Of a stretch of DNA of 64,000 nucleotides, positions 51,698 through 61,913 are shown in pieces. Position numbers and translations under genes: made by a program. The number at the start of each line of letters is the position of its first letter. Position 1 is the first letter of the stretch. Source of the stretch: Truepera sp. (GTDB taxonomy: Bacteria > Deinococcota > Deinococci > Deinococcales > Trueperaceae); the NCBI GenBank assembly GCA_965218435.1, contig CBDCKW010000009.1, positions 1,856,001 through 1,920,000 of the forward strand, written 5' to 3'. The notes under the pieces are model-generated. The model was not told the origin of the DNA. It searched no databases and saw nothing but the letters and a program-made list of their open reading frames with translations.

Positions 51698-52774
51698 CTA
51701 AGTACGGGACAAAAGCCGAATACAGAAGTGTAGATCGTGATGTTTAAGGGGTAGATTCTTAAGCAGATGCCTGAGATGATCGAGACCATGCCTAAAGAAT
51801 GATTTTTCTCTGCGGAGGTGTGACTTAAGGCGCAAAGGCTTTTGCTTAGTGTCGTGGAGCCATTCTCCTATATGATGCGCCCAGGTAAAGGCAAGAGCTA
51901 GCAGCGTAAAAAGGGTGTCAAGCCGAGCGAGTTGAGTGAGATGGGTTGACTCCATATCAAAGCCTGTTTTCTTTAGAGCAGCAAAAAGCATTTCTATCTC
52001 CCAACGACGCTTGTAGGTGAGAAAGGCTTGAGCGGGCTTACGGTTGGTAGCAATGATGGCGTAGTCGTCGTGGGCGAGCTTCATACCGACAAGGCGTAAG
52101 CGGCAACCATGGAGGTTGCAAGTGTTGCTGACTATCTTGAGTTCACCTATAGGCAAAGATGCAAAAAGCGCATAGGCTGAACACCAGGGGTTGCATAAGC
52201 TATCCTTGCGAATACGAATAGCAAAAGGAACGTGGCGCTTATCCAGGTAGTTAAACCAAGTTACCCCGATAAACTCTCTATCTGCCAAGAAAAAGTCGAT
52301 ATCTCGGGGCTTGACAAGCTCGAAAAGGCGTTGTAGCAGGTCAATGCGCTCATCGTCTGACGAGTTGCCTCGCTTCTCCAGAAAACTCCAAACTATAGGA
52401 AAGGCAACGCCTCTATGGGCAATGGCGATTACCAGGATGTTGATATCGCACCTGCCGAACTGCCAGTTCGTCCGGTCAACGCAAACGGTATAAGGCGGCG
52501 GCGGTAAAAAGCTCAAAATCAGTTGGGCCACCTTGAGCTTATCCAGACGCACCTCTGCAAAAAAACGCTTGAGGCGGCGATAAGATGATTCCGGTTGAGC
52601 TGCGCCTTGAAACGCTAAGCTTAAACTGACCAGGTTGATGCTCTTCTCTTGCACAAGTACCAGCAACAAGGTACTCAGACATTTCAGCCTGGCTCCATTC
52701 ATAGGCAACTTCGCTGCTAGCGTTTCTTTCAGTCTTGTCTTATGCTGATAGTGGCTTCCTTGAGATTCTTTCAC
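51698..52774 (-). CDS. IS4-family DDE transposase
   Basis: VDRTNW, ADREF, YKRRWEIE...K (YREK motif); intact ORF. Confidence 0.93.
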   Translation of the reverse strand: MKESQGSHYQHKTRLKETLAAKLPMNGARLKCLSTLLLVLVQEKSINLVSLSLAFQGAAQPESSYRRLKRFFAEVRLDKLKVAQLILSFLPPPPYTVCVDRTNWQFGRCDINILVIAIAHRGVAFPIVWSFLEKRGNSSDDERIDLLQRLFELVKPRDIDFFLADREFIGVTWFNYLDKRHVPFAIRIRKDSLCNPWCSAYALFASLPIGELKIVSNTCNLHGCRLRLVGMKLAHDDYAIIATNRKPAQAFLTYKRRWEIEMLFAALKKTGFDMESTHLTQLARLDTLFTLLALAFTWAHHIGEWLHDTKQKPLRLKSHLRREKSFFRHGLDHLRHLLKNLPLKHHDLHFCIRLLSRT

Positions 52775-52826
52775 ACAGCTATTCTCGCTTAGGAAGCCGC
52801 TTCTTGTCTTTTTGTCCCGTACTTAG
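51698..52826 (-). mobile_element. IS4-family (IS10-like) insertion sequence, 1129 bp
   Basis: 17-bp perfect IRs CTAAGTACGGGACAAAA (51698-51714 / 52810-52826); 9-bp TSD GTTGAAACT (51689-51697, 52827-52835). Confidence 0.95.
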
Positions 52827-53045
52827 GTTGAAACTATAGAGGTAGAAACACATAAATCACTGGGGATGGGTACATGGGTACGTCTGCACAAGAAGCTATA
52901 GTAGACTTCTGGAATTACCTTAACAGGTTGACAGTAGAGCATGGGCAGGAGCTTGAAAGAGAAAGGTTGGAGCTACAAAAGATTACCAGTTCAAAAAGTG
53001 GTAGAGCAAAGAAAAACAAAGAAGTTAATCGACTTCTTGATAGCA

Positions 53046-53155
53046 CTACAAACCTTGTCAATCAATATACAGATAGAATCAGGCTGTGCTACTTGCCGGA
53101 TGCGTCCCCACCACCCGCCTACAAACCTTGTCAATCAATATACAGATAGAATCAG
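53046..53155. repeat. 37-bp perfect direct repeat flanking a 36-bp unique insert
   Basis: CTACAAACCTTGTCAATCAATATACAGATAGAATCAG at 53046-53082 and 53119-53155. Confidence 0.95.
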
Positions 53156-53454
53156 CACAAGATTACCCGAATACAGATACAACGTAGGAAAGTATGTTGA
53201 AGCTTATCCAAAATTCGCCTTTTGGTTTGCCAGCACAGATAAGAGCGAAGAGGCGCAAAGGCAAGAGTTATACAGAGCTTTGAGAGACTTCAAAGAGACC
53301 TCAGAAAGCCTTGTTGGTAGCATGTCTGAATTTATAGACAATGTACAAGGGCTTGGACGTACTGCTTTAGAAGACTTAGGTCATACAGGACTTAATAATG
53401 CTTGTATGAAGTTGGTCGGAAAATTGGTAGGTACGCTAGATACAGTGAGAGAAT

Positions 53455-54028
53455 TAAACGACCACCGCCAGAGGCGGTGGATTTGAAAATGACTCTAGAA
53501 GAGAAAGTCCTGCTGATTGCGTTCTTCCTCTTTTTCGCGCTTCTCTTGGTACTTCACATAACGACGGATCAGGTCTTCGTTTATACCTACAGTGTTGACA
53601 AAGTAACCGCGTGTCCAAAAGTGATTCCCCCAGTATGGTTTCTTCCGTAAGCCTGGCTAGCTTTTGAACAACTTGATGGCAAGCTTCCCTTTGAGAAATC
53701 CCATGAAATCCGATACTGACAACTTGGGAGGAATTGAACAAACCAAGTGGATGTGATCGGCTTGAACACTCAGCTCTATTACTTCTACAGAGCGCCACTC
53801 ACAAAGCGTATGGACGTCCTTCTCAACCAACTCTTTGACCATACCCGTCAGCACTCGGTAACGGTATTTAGGCACCCACACAATGTGGTAATTACACTGA
53901 TAGACAACGTGCGCAAGCTTTCTATACTTCCCCACGCCTTAGGGTACGACCTATGTGTCCCAGGCGAAACAGTAAGGCATAGCCGACGTTACATCACCAC
54001 CGCCAAAGACGGTGGGTTTTCACGCTAA
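53455..54028 (-). mobile_element. IS200/IS605-family element (tnpA only); ends approximate
   Basis: Subterminal hairpins CCACCGCC-AGA-GGCGGTGG (53462-53480) and CCACCGCC-AAA-GACGGTGG (53997-54015). Confidence 0.85.
53495..53935 (-). pseudogene. tnpA: Y1/HUH transposase TnpA with a nonsense codon
   Basis: YHIVWVPKYR, DHIH; TAG at 53657-53659, then PGLRKKPYWGNHFWTRGYFVNTVG...YVKYQ in the same frame. Confidence 0.9.
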
Positions 54029-54029
54029 A

Positions 54030-55421
54030 CTAAACTTCGAGCAGCATCCTCGCCGGGTTTTCTACCGCGTCTTTGACGCGTTTTAAGAACGTCACCGCTT
54101 CACGTCCGTCTACAATCCGGTGGTCGTAGGTCAGCGCGATGTACATCATGGGGCGGATGACCACTTCGCCGTTTAGGGCAATGGGCCGCTCGAAGATGCC
54201 GTGCATCCCCAAAACGCCCGACTGCGGCGGATTGACAATCGGTGTAGACATCAGGGAGCCGAACACGCCACCGTTTGAGATGGTAAAGGTGCCGCCTTGC
54301 AGCTCTTCAGGCGTAATCTTATTGGTCTGCGCCCGTTTGCCGAACTCGGAGATGGTGCGCTCGAGTTCCGCGAAACTCAGCCGCTCAGCACTGCGAATCA
54401 CCGGCACGAGCAAGCCCTTTTTCGAGCTGACCGCGACGCCGATGTCGTAGTAATTTTTGTAAACGATCTGCTGCTCACGAATTTCGGCGTTAAGCTGCGG
54501 AATCTGTTTAAGTCCGTCGATCACGGCTTTGACAAAAAACGACATAAAACCCAAACGCGTGCCCTCGTAGCGTTTTTGGAACTCCTCTTTGAACTCGCTC
54601 CGAAGGTCCATTACGGCGCTCATATCAACTTCGTTAAAGGTGGTGAGTAGGGCAGCGTTCGCCTGCGCTTCGACGAGCCGCTCGGCGATGCGGCGGCGCA
54701 GTGGACTCATCGGCACAGCTTCTTCTTGCCGGTCACCGGTTGAAGTTTGCGGCGCTGAAGTCGGTGCGGGGGTTTCTTTCGGCGCGGGTTTTTGCTGGAC
54801 TTCTTGCTGTGATTTTTTCTGTGGTGCAGGCTCCCTGCTCTGCTCATCTACGGTGCGCTGCACGTCTTCTTTAAGGACGCGGCCCCCCGGACCGGTCGCG
54901 CGTACATCCCTTGCAGACAAACCGTGCTCGTCTAACAGGCGCTGCGCGGCAGGCATGATGCGCACGTCCTCCGCGCCGCTTTCAGAAACATTGTCGGAGA
55001 GTTTTTGAGCTTGCGCGTCCGTAGCTTCGCCGGGTTCCGGGTCGAAGGCCATCTCCGGCGCTTCGTCTTTTTCACGTTCTGCAGAGGCTGATTCATCGGA
55101 CGCACCCGCTTCGGTTTCGCTACGCTCGGCGTTATCGTCGGTACCGGCGTCTTCAGTACCGGTATCACCAGCACTCGAGTCACCTGCTGCGTCGCCGACT
55201 TGCGCGATAACTTCGCCGACGGTAGCCGAGTCGCCCTGCTGTTTGGTCACGCCGCTTAAAATCCCGGAAACTGGGGCGGGAACCTCGAGCGTCGCCTTGT
55301 CGGTTTCAATCTCAACTAGCGGCTCGTCTTTTTCGACCGTTTCCCCATCCTGTTTAAGCCACGAGCCGATAAAGACTTCCGTAATGGACTCGCCGACTTC
55401 AGGAACTTTTACTTCAGCCAT
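54030..55421 (-). CDS. sucB: 2-oxoglutarate dehydrogenase E2 (dihydrolipoamide succinyltransferase)
   Basis: ETDKAT lipoyl site, [17 protein letters not shown]. Confidence 0.95.
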   Translation of the reverse strand: MAEVKVPEVGESITEVFIGSWLKQDGETVEKDEPLVEIETDKATLEVPAPVSGILSGVTKQQGDSATVGEVIAQVGDAAGDSSAGDTGTEDAGTDDNAERSETEAGASDESASAEREKDEAPEMAFDPEPGEATDAQAQKLSDNVSESGAEDVRIMPAAQRLLDEHGLSARDVRATGPGGRVLKEDVQRTVDEQSREPAPQKKSQQEVQQKPAPKETPAPTSAPQTSTGDRQEEAVPMSPLRRRIAERLVEAQANAALLTTFNEVDMSAVMDLRSEFKEEFQKRYEGTRLGFMSFFVKAVIDGLKQIPQLNAEIREQQIVYKNYYDIGVAVSSKKGLLVPVIRSAERLSFAELERTISEFGKRAQTNKITPEELQGGTFTISNGGVFGSLMSTPIVNPPQSGVLGMHGIFERPIALNGEVVIRPMMYIALTYDHRIVDGREAVTFLKRVKDAVENPARMLLEV

Positions 55422-55482
55422 ACTTCTCCCATATCTCTCCTCGTCGTTCTTTTATGTCTGTTAAACGCACCTTAACACCGTA

Positions 55483-58335
55483 TCAGCGTTGTAGTTCGGG
55501 CGTACCCGCCTCTTTTTTTAGACTGACACTAAACGCCGCGTGTAAAAGGTCACGCTGCTCGAGCTTGTGGGCGCTGCTCGAGCCCGTCGCCGGACTTGCC
55601 GAGGCGGGACGACAGACACCCAAAAAGGGGTGGCTGAACAACCGGTCACCAAAGGCTACCCGCAGATAGCGCCACGCCCCCATGTTTTCAGGCTCTTCTT
55701 GCACCCACGCAATCGGCACGTCTGCCGGATAAGGGGCGAGGGCCGCGTTCAGTTCCCGCTCAGAGAGCGGATAAAGCTGCTCTAAACGGACAAGCGCCGT
55801 GTCACGGTCGTCGCCGCGCTCGGCCAAGAGGTCGTAGTAGACCTTGCCCGAGCAGAGCAACACGCGTTTAACATGCTTAGCGTCAGCGTCGGGAATGACG
55901 CGCTGGAAGGTGCCGGTGGCGAGGTCTCCCAGGCTCGAGACCGCCTGCGGATGCCGTAGCAGACTCTTGGGCGTCATAATCACAAGCGGTTTACGCCACG
56001 GGCGCAGGACCTGACGGCGCAGCAGGTGAAACATCTGCGCGGGCGTCGTCGGGTACGCGACCTGCATATTATCCTCGGCGCAGAGCTGCAAAAAGCGCTC
56101 GAGCCGTGCCGACGAGTGCTCCGGCCCTGAACCCTCAAAGCCGTGCGGCAGGAGCATCGTAATCCCTGAAAGCCGCCGCCACTTCTCCTCGCCTGAGGCG
56201 ATAAACTGGTCAATAATCACCTGACCGGCGTTGACAAAATCGCCGAACTGCGCTTCCCAGATGACCAGGCCGTCGGGCACATCGAGCGAGTAACCGTATT
56301 CAAAGCCGAGCACACCCGTTTCGGAGAGCGGCGAGTTGTAGATTTCGACCGGGGCTTGTTCCGGCTCGAGGTGTTGGAGCGGGATGTAAGGCTCGCCGGT
56401 TTCCACGTCGAAAAGCGCCGCGTGTCGGTGGACGAAGGTGCCGCGGAGCGCGTCTTGGCCCGAAAGCCGGACCCGCACGCCCGACGTTGCCAGCGTCGCG
56501 TAGGCGAGCATTTCACCGGCCGCCCAATCTAAGGGGCGGTTACCCTCAGCCATCTCGAGCTTGTTGCCCAGTAGCCGCTTGAGTTTGGGATGTGTCTGAA
56601 ACCCTTCAGGAAACTCGTTTTGAGCGCGAATCAGTTCTGCAAGACGCTCCGGGGCAACCCCCGTGTCAACCTCGGGCATGTCTTCGTCTAACCCGCCGCT
56701 GTAACCTTCCCACAACCCTTCAAACGCCTGATACTGCGCCGTGTAGTCGTCGCTGCGGGCGGCTGACAGCTCTTGCTCTAAGACCTCGCGCCGCTCGACT
56801 AAAAGCCGGTCGGCGTCTTGTTGCGTGACCTCACCGAGTTTTAACAGCCGTTTGACGTAGCCCTGCCGCACCCCTTGGCGTTGCCGGATAGCCGCGTACA
56901 AGAGCGGCTGAGTAAAGGCCGGTTCGTCGCCTTCGTTGTGCCCGTAACGACGGTAGCAGTACATATCAATCACGACGTCTTGCTTAAACTCGCGCCGAAA
57001 GTCAAGCGCCAAGTTGACCACCTGCGCCACCGCTTCGGGGTCTTCGCCGTTCACGTGAAAGATAGGAATTTGCAACATCTTGGCGATGTCCGAGGCGTAG
57101 GTGCTGCTCCGGGCGTCACTAGGGCCGGTGGTAAAGCCGATCTGGTTATTCACGATCACGTGGAGCGTCCCACCGACGCGGTAACCGGGCAGCTCACTCA
57201 AGTTGAGGCTCTCTTGCACCACGCCTTCACCAATAAACGACGCGTCGCCGTGAATCAAAATGCCCATGCCAGTCTCGCGTTCGGCGTCGCCGGCGCGGTC
57301 TTGTTTGGCGCGCAAACGGCCCATCGCCACCGGGTTGACAAACTCCAAATGCGACGGGTTAAAGCAGAGCGAGAGGTGGACCTTATCGTCTTGCGCCGTG
57401 ACCCAATCGTTTGAGTAACCCAGGTGATATTTGACGTCGCCGCGGCCCCGGTTCAGCTCAGCGTCTTTGTCGTCAAACTCTCTAAAAATCTGCTTGGGGC
57501 TTTTGCCCATGATGTTGGCTAACACGTTCAGGCGGCCCCGGTGCGCCATCCCTAAGATAATTTCGCCCACCCCCTGCGCCCCGGCTTTTTCGATGGCTAA
57601 ATCTAACAGGGGGATGAGGCTTTCGCCGCCCTCGAGCGAAAAACTTTTGACGCCCACGTATTTTTTCTGAATAAACGCTTCAAAACTCACGGCGTCGGTC
57701 AGTTTGCTTAAAATCCGCAACTGCTCGTCACGGGAAAGCTCGAGCCGGTTCTCGGTCGTTTCCATCCGGCGCTGAAGCCACTTGCGCACCTGCAGGTCGT
57801 CAATATGCATAAACTGTGCGCCGATACTTCTACAGTAGGTATTTTTCAGCCGGGTGATAATCTCACCGACCGTAAGCGCCCCCATCCCCGGAATCGTATC
57901 GGGGGCGAGGGTGCGGCCCATGTCCTCTTCGGAAATGTCGTAATAAGCCGGCTCGAGTTCGGGCGGGGGTTCTTCGGCTGAAGGCATCTTTAAGGGGTCT
58001 AACTTGGCGATGATGTGGCCACGGACGCGGTAGTTGCGGACCATCCGCCCGACTTTTTGCTGCAGCGCGATATTACCTTCGCCCGCGTTGCTTTCACCGG
58101 CAGCGGTTTCACCTGCGCTCGCTTGCGCTGCCGAACCTGGGACCGAATTAAAGCTACCCGGGTTAAAGATACTTTTCGGCGTAAAACTCGGACCCGCGTG
58201 CCGAAAACCGTTACGCCCCGCTTCGTGTTCAAAAAAGCTGCGCCAGGGCGCGTCAACTGATGCCGGGTCCTCTAAGTAGCTCTCGTACAACTCTTCGATA
58301 AAAGCCAGACTCGAGGGATTTAGCTGCTCGCTCAT
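55483..58335 (-). CDS. sucA: 2-oxoglutarate dehydrogenase E1
   Basis: [36 protein letters not shown]. Confidence 0.96.
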   Translation of the reverse strand: MSEQLNPSSLAFIEELYESYLEDPASVDAPWRSFFEHEAGRNGFRHAGPSFTPKSIFNPGSFNSVPGSAAQASAGETAAGESNAGEGNIALQQKVGRMVRNYRVRGHIIAKLDPLKMPSAEEPPPELEPAYYDISEEDMGRTLAPDTIPGMGALTVGEIITRLKNTYCRSIGAQFMHIDDLQVRKWLQRRMETTENRLELSRDEQLRILSKLTDAVSFEAFIQKKYVGVKSFSLEGGESLIPLLDLAIEKAGAQGVGEIILGMAHRGRLNVLANIMGKSPKQIFREFDDKDAELNRGRGDVKYHLGYSNDWVTAQDDKVHLSLCFNPSHLEFVNPVAMGRLRAKQDRAGDAERETGMGILIHGDASFIGEGVVQESLNLSELPGYRVGGTLHVIVNNQIGFTTGPSDARSSTYASDIAKMLQIPIFHVNGEDPEAVAQVVNLALDFRREFKQDVVIDMYCYRRYGHNEGDEPAFTQPLLYAAIRQRQGVRQGYVKRLLKLGEVTQQDADRLLVERREVLEQELSAARSDDYTAQYQAFEGLWEGYSGGLDEDMPEVDTGVAPERLAELIRAQNEFPEGFQTHPKLKRLLGNKLEMAEGNRPLDWAAGEMLAYATLATSGVRVRLSGQDALRGTFVHRHAALFDVETGEPYIPLQHLEPEQAPVEIYNSPLSETGVLGFEYGYSLDVPDGLVIWEAQFGDFVNAGQVIIDQFIASGEEKWRRLSGITMLLPHGFEGSGPEHSSARLERFLQLCAEDNMQVAYPTTPAQMFHLLRRQVLRPWRKPLVIMTPKSLLRHPQAVSSLGDLATGTFQRVIPDADAKHVKRVLLCSGKVYYDLLAERGDDRDTALVRLEQLYPLSERELNAALAPYPADVPIAWVQEEPENMGAWRYLRVAFGDRLFSHPFLGVCRPASASPATGSSSAHKLEQRDLLHAAFSVSLKKEAGTPELQR

Positions 58336-58672
58336 AAACTCCTAGGTACCTTTCTCTGCGCCTTACACCTTAACTCATACATAGGCCCGACTCGAGCGTC
58401 GCAGATCGCCCTAAGCACCAGGCTCTGACAAGCCCTACTTTGCCCTACTGTACCGCGCTCATCCGAGGGGAGCGGTGTAGTCCTTACCATAAAATCACCA
58501 TAAAACATCCGTGCAAAGCTGCACTTACCCTAACGCCTGGCAAGATGTGGAAAGCGCGTAAAACCAGCCGAACCTGCTACTGAACTGCGTGTTTAGCTTT
58601 AGCAGAGCGCATCTATGCAACGGTTTAGGTGACTCAACCTAGAATTGCCTCAATTTCAAGTAGACTTGGCTT

Positions 58673-59661
58673 ATGCAGACGGTGACCCTCCAAGACATCG
58701 AAGCGGCAGCAGAGCGAATTAGGGGCACGGCGCGGCGTACGCCTCTGCTCGCGCTGGGGCCGGGACTTTACGCGAAGGCCGAAAACCTGCAGCTGACCGG
58801 CTCGTTTAAGCTGCGCGGGGCGTACAACTTTTTGGCGAGCTTGCCCCCGGAGGTTCGGGCCAAAGGTGTGGTTGCGGACTCGAGCGGCAATCACGCGCAG
58901 GGCGTCGCGTGCGCCGCACACCTTTTCGGTGTGCCAGCGACGATTGTCATTCCTAAAAATGCACCGCCCATCAAAGTCGCCCGGACACGGGCTTGGGGCG
59001 CGGAGGTCGTCCGGTGCGAAAACTCGAGCACCGACCGCGAGCGGGTTTGTGCAGAGCTGGTCGAATCGCACGGGTATACGCGCGTCCCTCCTTTTGACCA
59101 TCCGTGGATCGTCGCGGGACAAGGGACAACCGGCTTAGAAATCGCGCACGATTTGCCGGAGGTGGCGAATGTGTTGGTCTGTGTCGGCGGGGGCGGGCTC
59201 TTGTCGGGGATCACGGCGGCGCTCCGCGCCCTCTGCCCGGACGCACAGCTTATCGGCGTCGAACCCGAACTCGCGGCGGACGCGAAGGCGTCGCTTTCTG
59301 CGGGCAGCGTGCAGCGGTGGGACGCGGCGCTGACCACCCGCACCGTCGCCGACGGCGTGCGGACCCAGAACTTGGGTGAACTGCCCTTTTCGCTGATTCA
59401 GGTCAGATTGCAGGTATCGTCACGGTCTCAGAACAGGACATTTTAGAGGCGACCCGCTGGTACTTAACCGAGGCCAAACTCGTCGCCGAACCGACCGGGG
59501 CGTTGACGCTCGCGGCGTACCGGAAGCTGGGGCACAGCACCTATCAGGGCGTCACTCTACGACCCGGGCCTACGGTGCTGCTCGTCAGCGGGGGCAACGT
59601 CGAACCGACGTGGCTCGCTTCGCTCCTGAACGGTGCGCTGACCGCTGAGGGTACCGTATAA
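58673..59661 (+). pseudogene. Threonine/serine dehydratase-like PLP enzyme, frameshifted near 59401
   Basis: GSFKLRGA, SSGNHAQG, GGGGL; C-terminus (IVTVSE...EPTGA...SGGNV) continues in another frame to the TAA at 59661. Confidence 0.82.
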
Positions 59662-59691
59662 CGCACATGTTGTGTAAGATACAGCTAAGCC

Positions 59692-60057
59692 ATGCGTTTT
59701 AGCCCCTCTCTCCCCCCCATCGTCGTCCTGCTACTATTGGCTTTTTTGTGGCTTATCTTGCTCGTCTTGCTCGTCTGGTTCGCCTTCGGCAGGCAGCGTG
59801 ACCCGGACGAGCTGACGGAGACTAGAGACGAACTCCGGGGCAAAAGACCGCGCGAAACCAGGCGTACCGAAAGGGACAGCCTCGAGACACCCCTCAAACC
59901 CGACACGTCCAGCACACGCACACCGCAAGCAGCTAACCCCAGGCCACCGACCGTACGCGTCGTTACGCCAGTAGAACCTAAAGCCAAGCCCGACTTGCAA
60001 GACGCTTTTGATGACTTTAACCAACCCGACCATCGGCGCGACGATTTAGATTTTTAA
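59692..60057 (+). CDS. Single-TM hypothetical protein
   Basis: N-terminal hydrophobic helix, disordered tail. Confidence 0.6.
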   Translation: MRFSPSLPPIVVLLLLAFLWLILLVLLVWFAFGRQRDPDELTETRDELRGKRPRETRRTERDSLETPLKPDTSSTRTPQAANPRPPTVRVVTPVEPKAKPDLQDAFDDFNQPDHRRDDLDF

Positions 60058-60113
60058 GCAGCTTTGGCGTTCGGGTTTAGCATTTCAAGCTCAAGGCTCG
60101 TTACACTTGAGCT

Positions 60114-61154
60114 ATGAACCCTCTCTCGCGCCCTTTTCGCGCCGCCCGGTTGCTCTCGCTGGTACGCGAGATTGACTTGGGGGCCATCAAAGACGAAGCC
60201 GAGCGCCGCTTTAGCCTCGAGCTGACCGGTGACGCTGACCTCACCACCAAACTCGCCGACCTGCTGAGCGCCACACCGGGACGAAGCGGTATCCATCCCT
60301 ACCTAACTGTCACGCCGCAGCCAGCAGGTGCAGCGGTTGACTTACGGCTCTATATTCAGCGGGGCTACGAGTCGCCCTCAGAGCTGCAAACACGCGTGCC
60401 GACGCTGAGCGTGTGTGTTGTAGAAGATAAGGAGACAACCAAACAAGTCGGCGCAGAGCTGCCGCATCCCGGCGAAACGGGCCGCGTCATCTTGGACGGG
60501 CTGAGCGCCCAAACCGTGCAAAACATGCTCATTCCCAAGATTTTGCGCACGCTTTCCCCGACGCTGCACCTCGCCGTGGGCCGACAACTTCCGGCGTTTC
60601 GTCCGGCGGTCATACGAGGGCTCGTTGAAGAAGCCTCGAGAGCCAACGCGCTTTACGCCGCGAGTACCGGCGTCGCTGAAATCGTCCCGGTGCTCAACCT
60701 GCCGCTCAACGTCGCCGATACCGTCGTCTTGAGCAAAAATCAGCTGGTCATGGCCTATAAGGTCGCACTCGCCGCAGGTAAAACAGGTCGCCCCCAAGAA
60801 CTTATCGGTGAGATCGTCGGGGTGCTCGGCGGCGGGCTCCTCTTTCGGCAAGTGGCGCGGGGGCTCGTTAGCCTGATTCCGGTGTGGGGCATCGTCCCGA
60901 AAGTCGCGGTAGCCTACGCCGGGACGCAGGTCGTCGGCACGGCGACGTCACTCTGGGCCACAGAAGGTAGGACGGCCTCAGCCGTAGAGGTACGTGAGCT
61001 TTATGCGGGCGCACTTACAAAGGGCCGTCAGGTGGCTGAGCGGCTGCTCCCTGGGCGGCGCAAACAGGGCGAGGCAAAGGTTTTGGAGGACACAAGCGTA
61101 GACAACAAGATTTTAGGGGAACTAGGGCCCCCCGACTCGTCCCAACCCGACTAA
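60114..61154 (+). CDS. DUF697/YcjF-like hypothetical protein
   Basis: NQLVMAYKVA...RQVAR.LV..IPVWG...KVAVAYAGT. Confidence 0.65.
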   Translation: MNPLSRPFRAARLLSLVREIDLGAIKDEAERRFSLELTGDADLTTKLADLLSATPGRSGIHPYLTVTPQPAGAAVDLRLYIQRGYESPSELQTRVPTLSVCVVEDKETTKQVGAELPHPGETGRVILDGLSAQTVQNMLIPKILRTLSPTLHLAVGRQLPAFRPAVIRGLVEEASRANALYAASTGVAEIVPVLNLPLNVADTVVLSKNQLVMAYKVALAAGKTGRPQELIGEIVGVLGGGLLFRQVARGLVSLIPVWGIVPKVAVAYAGTQVVGTATSLWATEGRTASAVEVRELYAGALTKGRQVAERLLPGRRKQGEAKVLEDTSVDNKILGELGPPDSSQPD

Positions 61155-61173
61155 CAGGTCAGCCTTACGCGTT

Positions 61174-61203
61174 AAGCTGAGAGTCTAAAAGCTGAGAGTC
61201 TAA
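61174..61203. repeat. Perfect 15-bp tandem duplication (AAGCTGAGAGTCTAA)x2
   Basis: Direct reading. Confidence 0.9.
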
Positions 61204-61314
61204 GTAAAACTTCATCTCCAGGTCATGACGCGTCCGGGCCAACTCCTTTAGAGTAGAGCATTGCCAGGCGTAGAGACGTACTAACTTACCAGACCACGCC
61301 GGAAGAGGTGCCCG

Positions 61315-61839
61315 ATGAACCGTTTTTCGTTCGTTTTACCCGTTTTACTTGCTGGACTACTCGCAGGTTGTAACGTCGTTGTGCAACCCAATCCCATTAC
61401 GCCGCCCCCACCGCTAGAGGTGCTGCAGGCCAGCTACAGCACCAACTTTTCGGCACCCGACGGTCAGCCCGCCATCTGCGACAACAAAGCCACGACGATC
61501 ACCTACACTTTTCGCTATCAGGGTCAGCTCGAGAGTTGGACTTCGTACCTAAGAGGACAAGAATTAGGCAAAGAGAGTGGCAGACGAACCTTTACCCCGA
61601 CGAGCGCCAACGTCAGTGCTTACGAAACCTCAGGTTACGAAGTTACCTATACGCTTGACCCTAACACTGCGCCCTACGCAGTAGACCCGAGCGAGCTGTC
61701 ACCCCAAGGCATTATCGTGACGCCCAAACCCACTCAGCCTATCGGTGCGACGCAACTCTACCTTGTGCTCAAGGGGACCAACGGCGAATCCAAACCCTTT
61801 GTATCTAATCCTCTGCCGGTCTACATCAACTGTTCTTAG
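61315..61839 (+). CDS. Lipoprotein of unknown function
   Basis: Lipobox LAGC; GAGG RBS. Confidence 0.75.
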   Translation: MNRFSFVLPVLLAGLLAGCNVVVQPNPITPPPPLEVLQASYSTNFSAPDGQPAICDNKATTITYTFRYQGQLESWTSYLRGQELGKESGRRTFTPTSANVSAYETSGYEVTYTLDPNTAPYAVDPSELSPQGIIVTPKPTQPIGATQLYLVLKGTNGESKPFVSNPLPVYINCS

Positions 61840-61872
61840 TTGTTAAGTAGTAGCTAGCTAAACTTTACGCTT

Positions 61873-61900
61873 ATGCCCCTTATTTTGAACCGAGGGGCAT
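61873..61900. terminator. Hairpin between convergent genes
   Basis: ATGCCCCT-N12-AGGGGCAT. Confidence 0.5.
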
Positions 61901-61913
61901 ATATCTGTTCAAT

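Larger units (their letters stand above)
51371..53486 (+). pseudogene. Helical hypothetical protein broken by IS4, an 8-bp duplication and a 73-bp repeat-spacer insertion, with IS200 at its 3' end
   Basis: Removing the IS plus one TSD, one ATGGGTAC and 73 bp yields one continuous frame ...ESFVETIEVETHKSLGMGTSAQ...LLDSTTNLVNQYTDRISTRLPEY... Confidence 0.75.

Noticed and set aside
53046..53155. Calling this a canonical CRISPR array
   Set aside because: Only two repeats, no cas genes or leader in the window, no GAAAC-type end, and the repeat is host coding sequence. Reported as a repeat and candidate ectopic integration instead.
53455..54028. TnpB/omegaRNA RNA-guided system in the IS200/IS605 element
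   Set aside because: The element is ~570 bp and holds only a nonsense-mutated tnpA; there is no room for tnpB.
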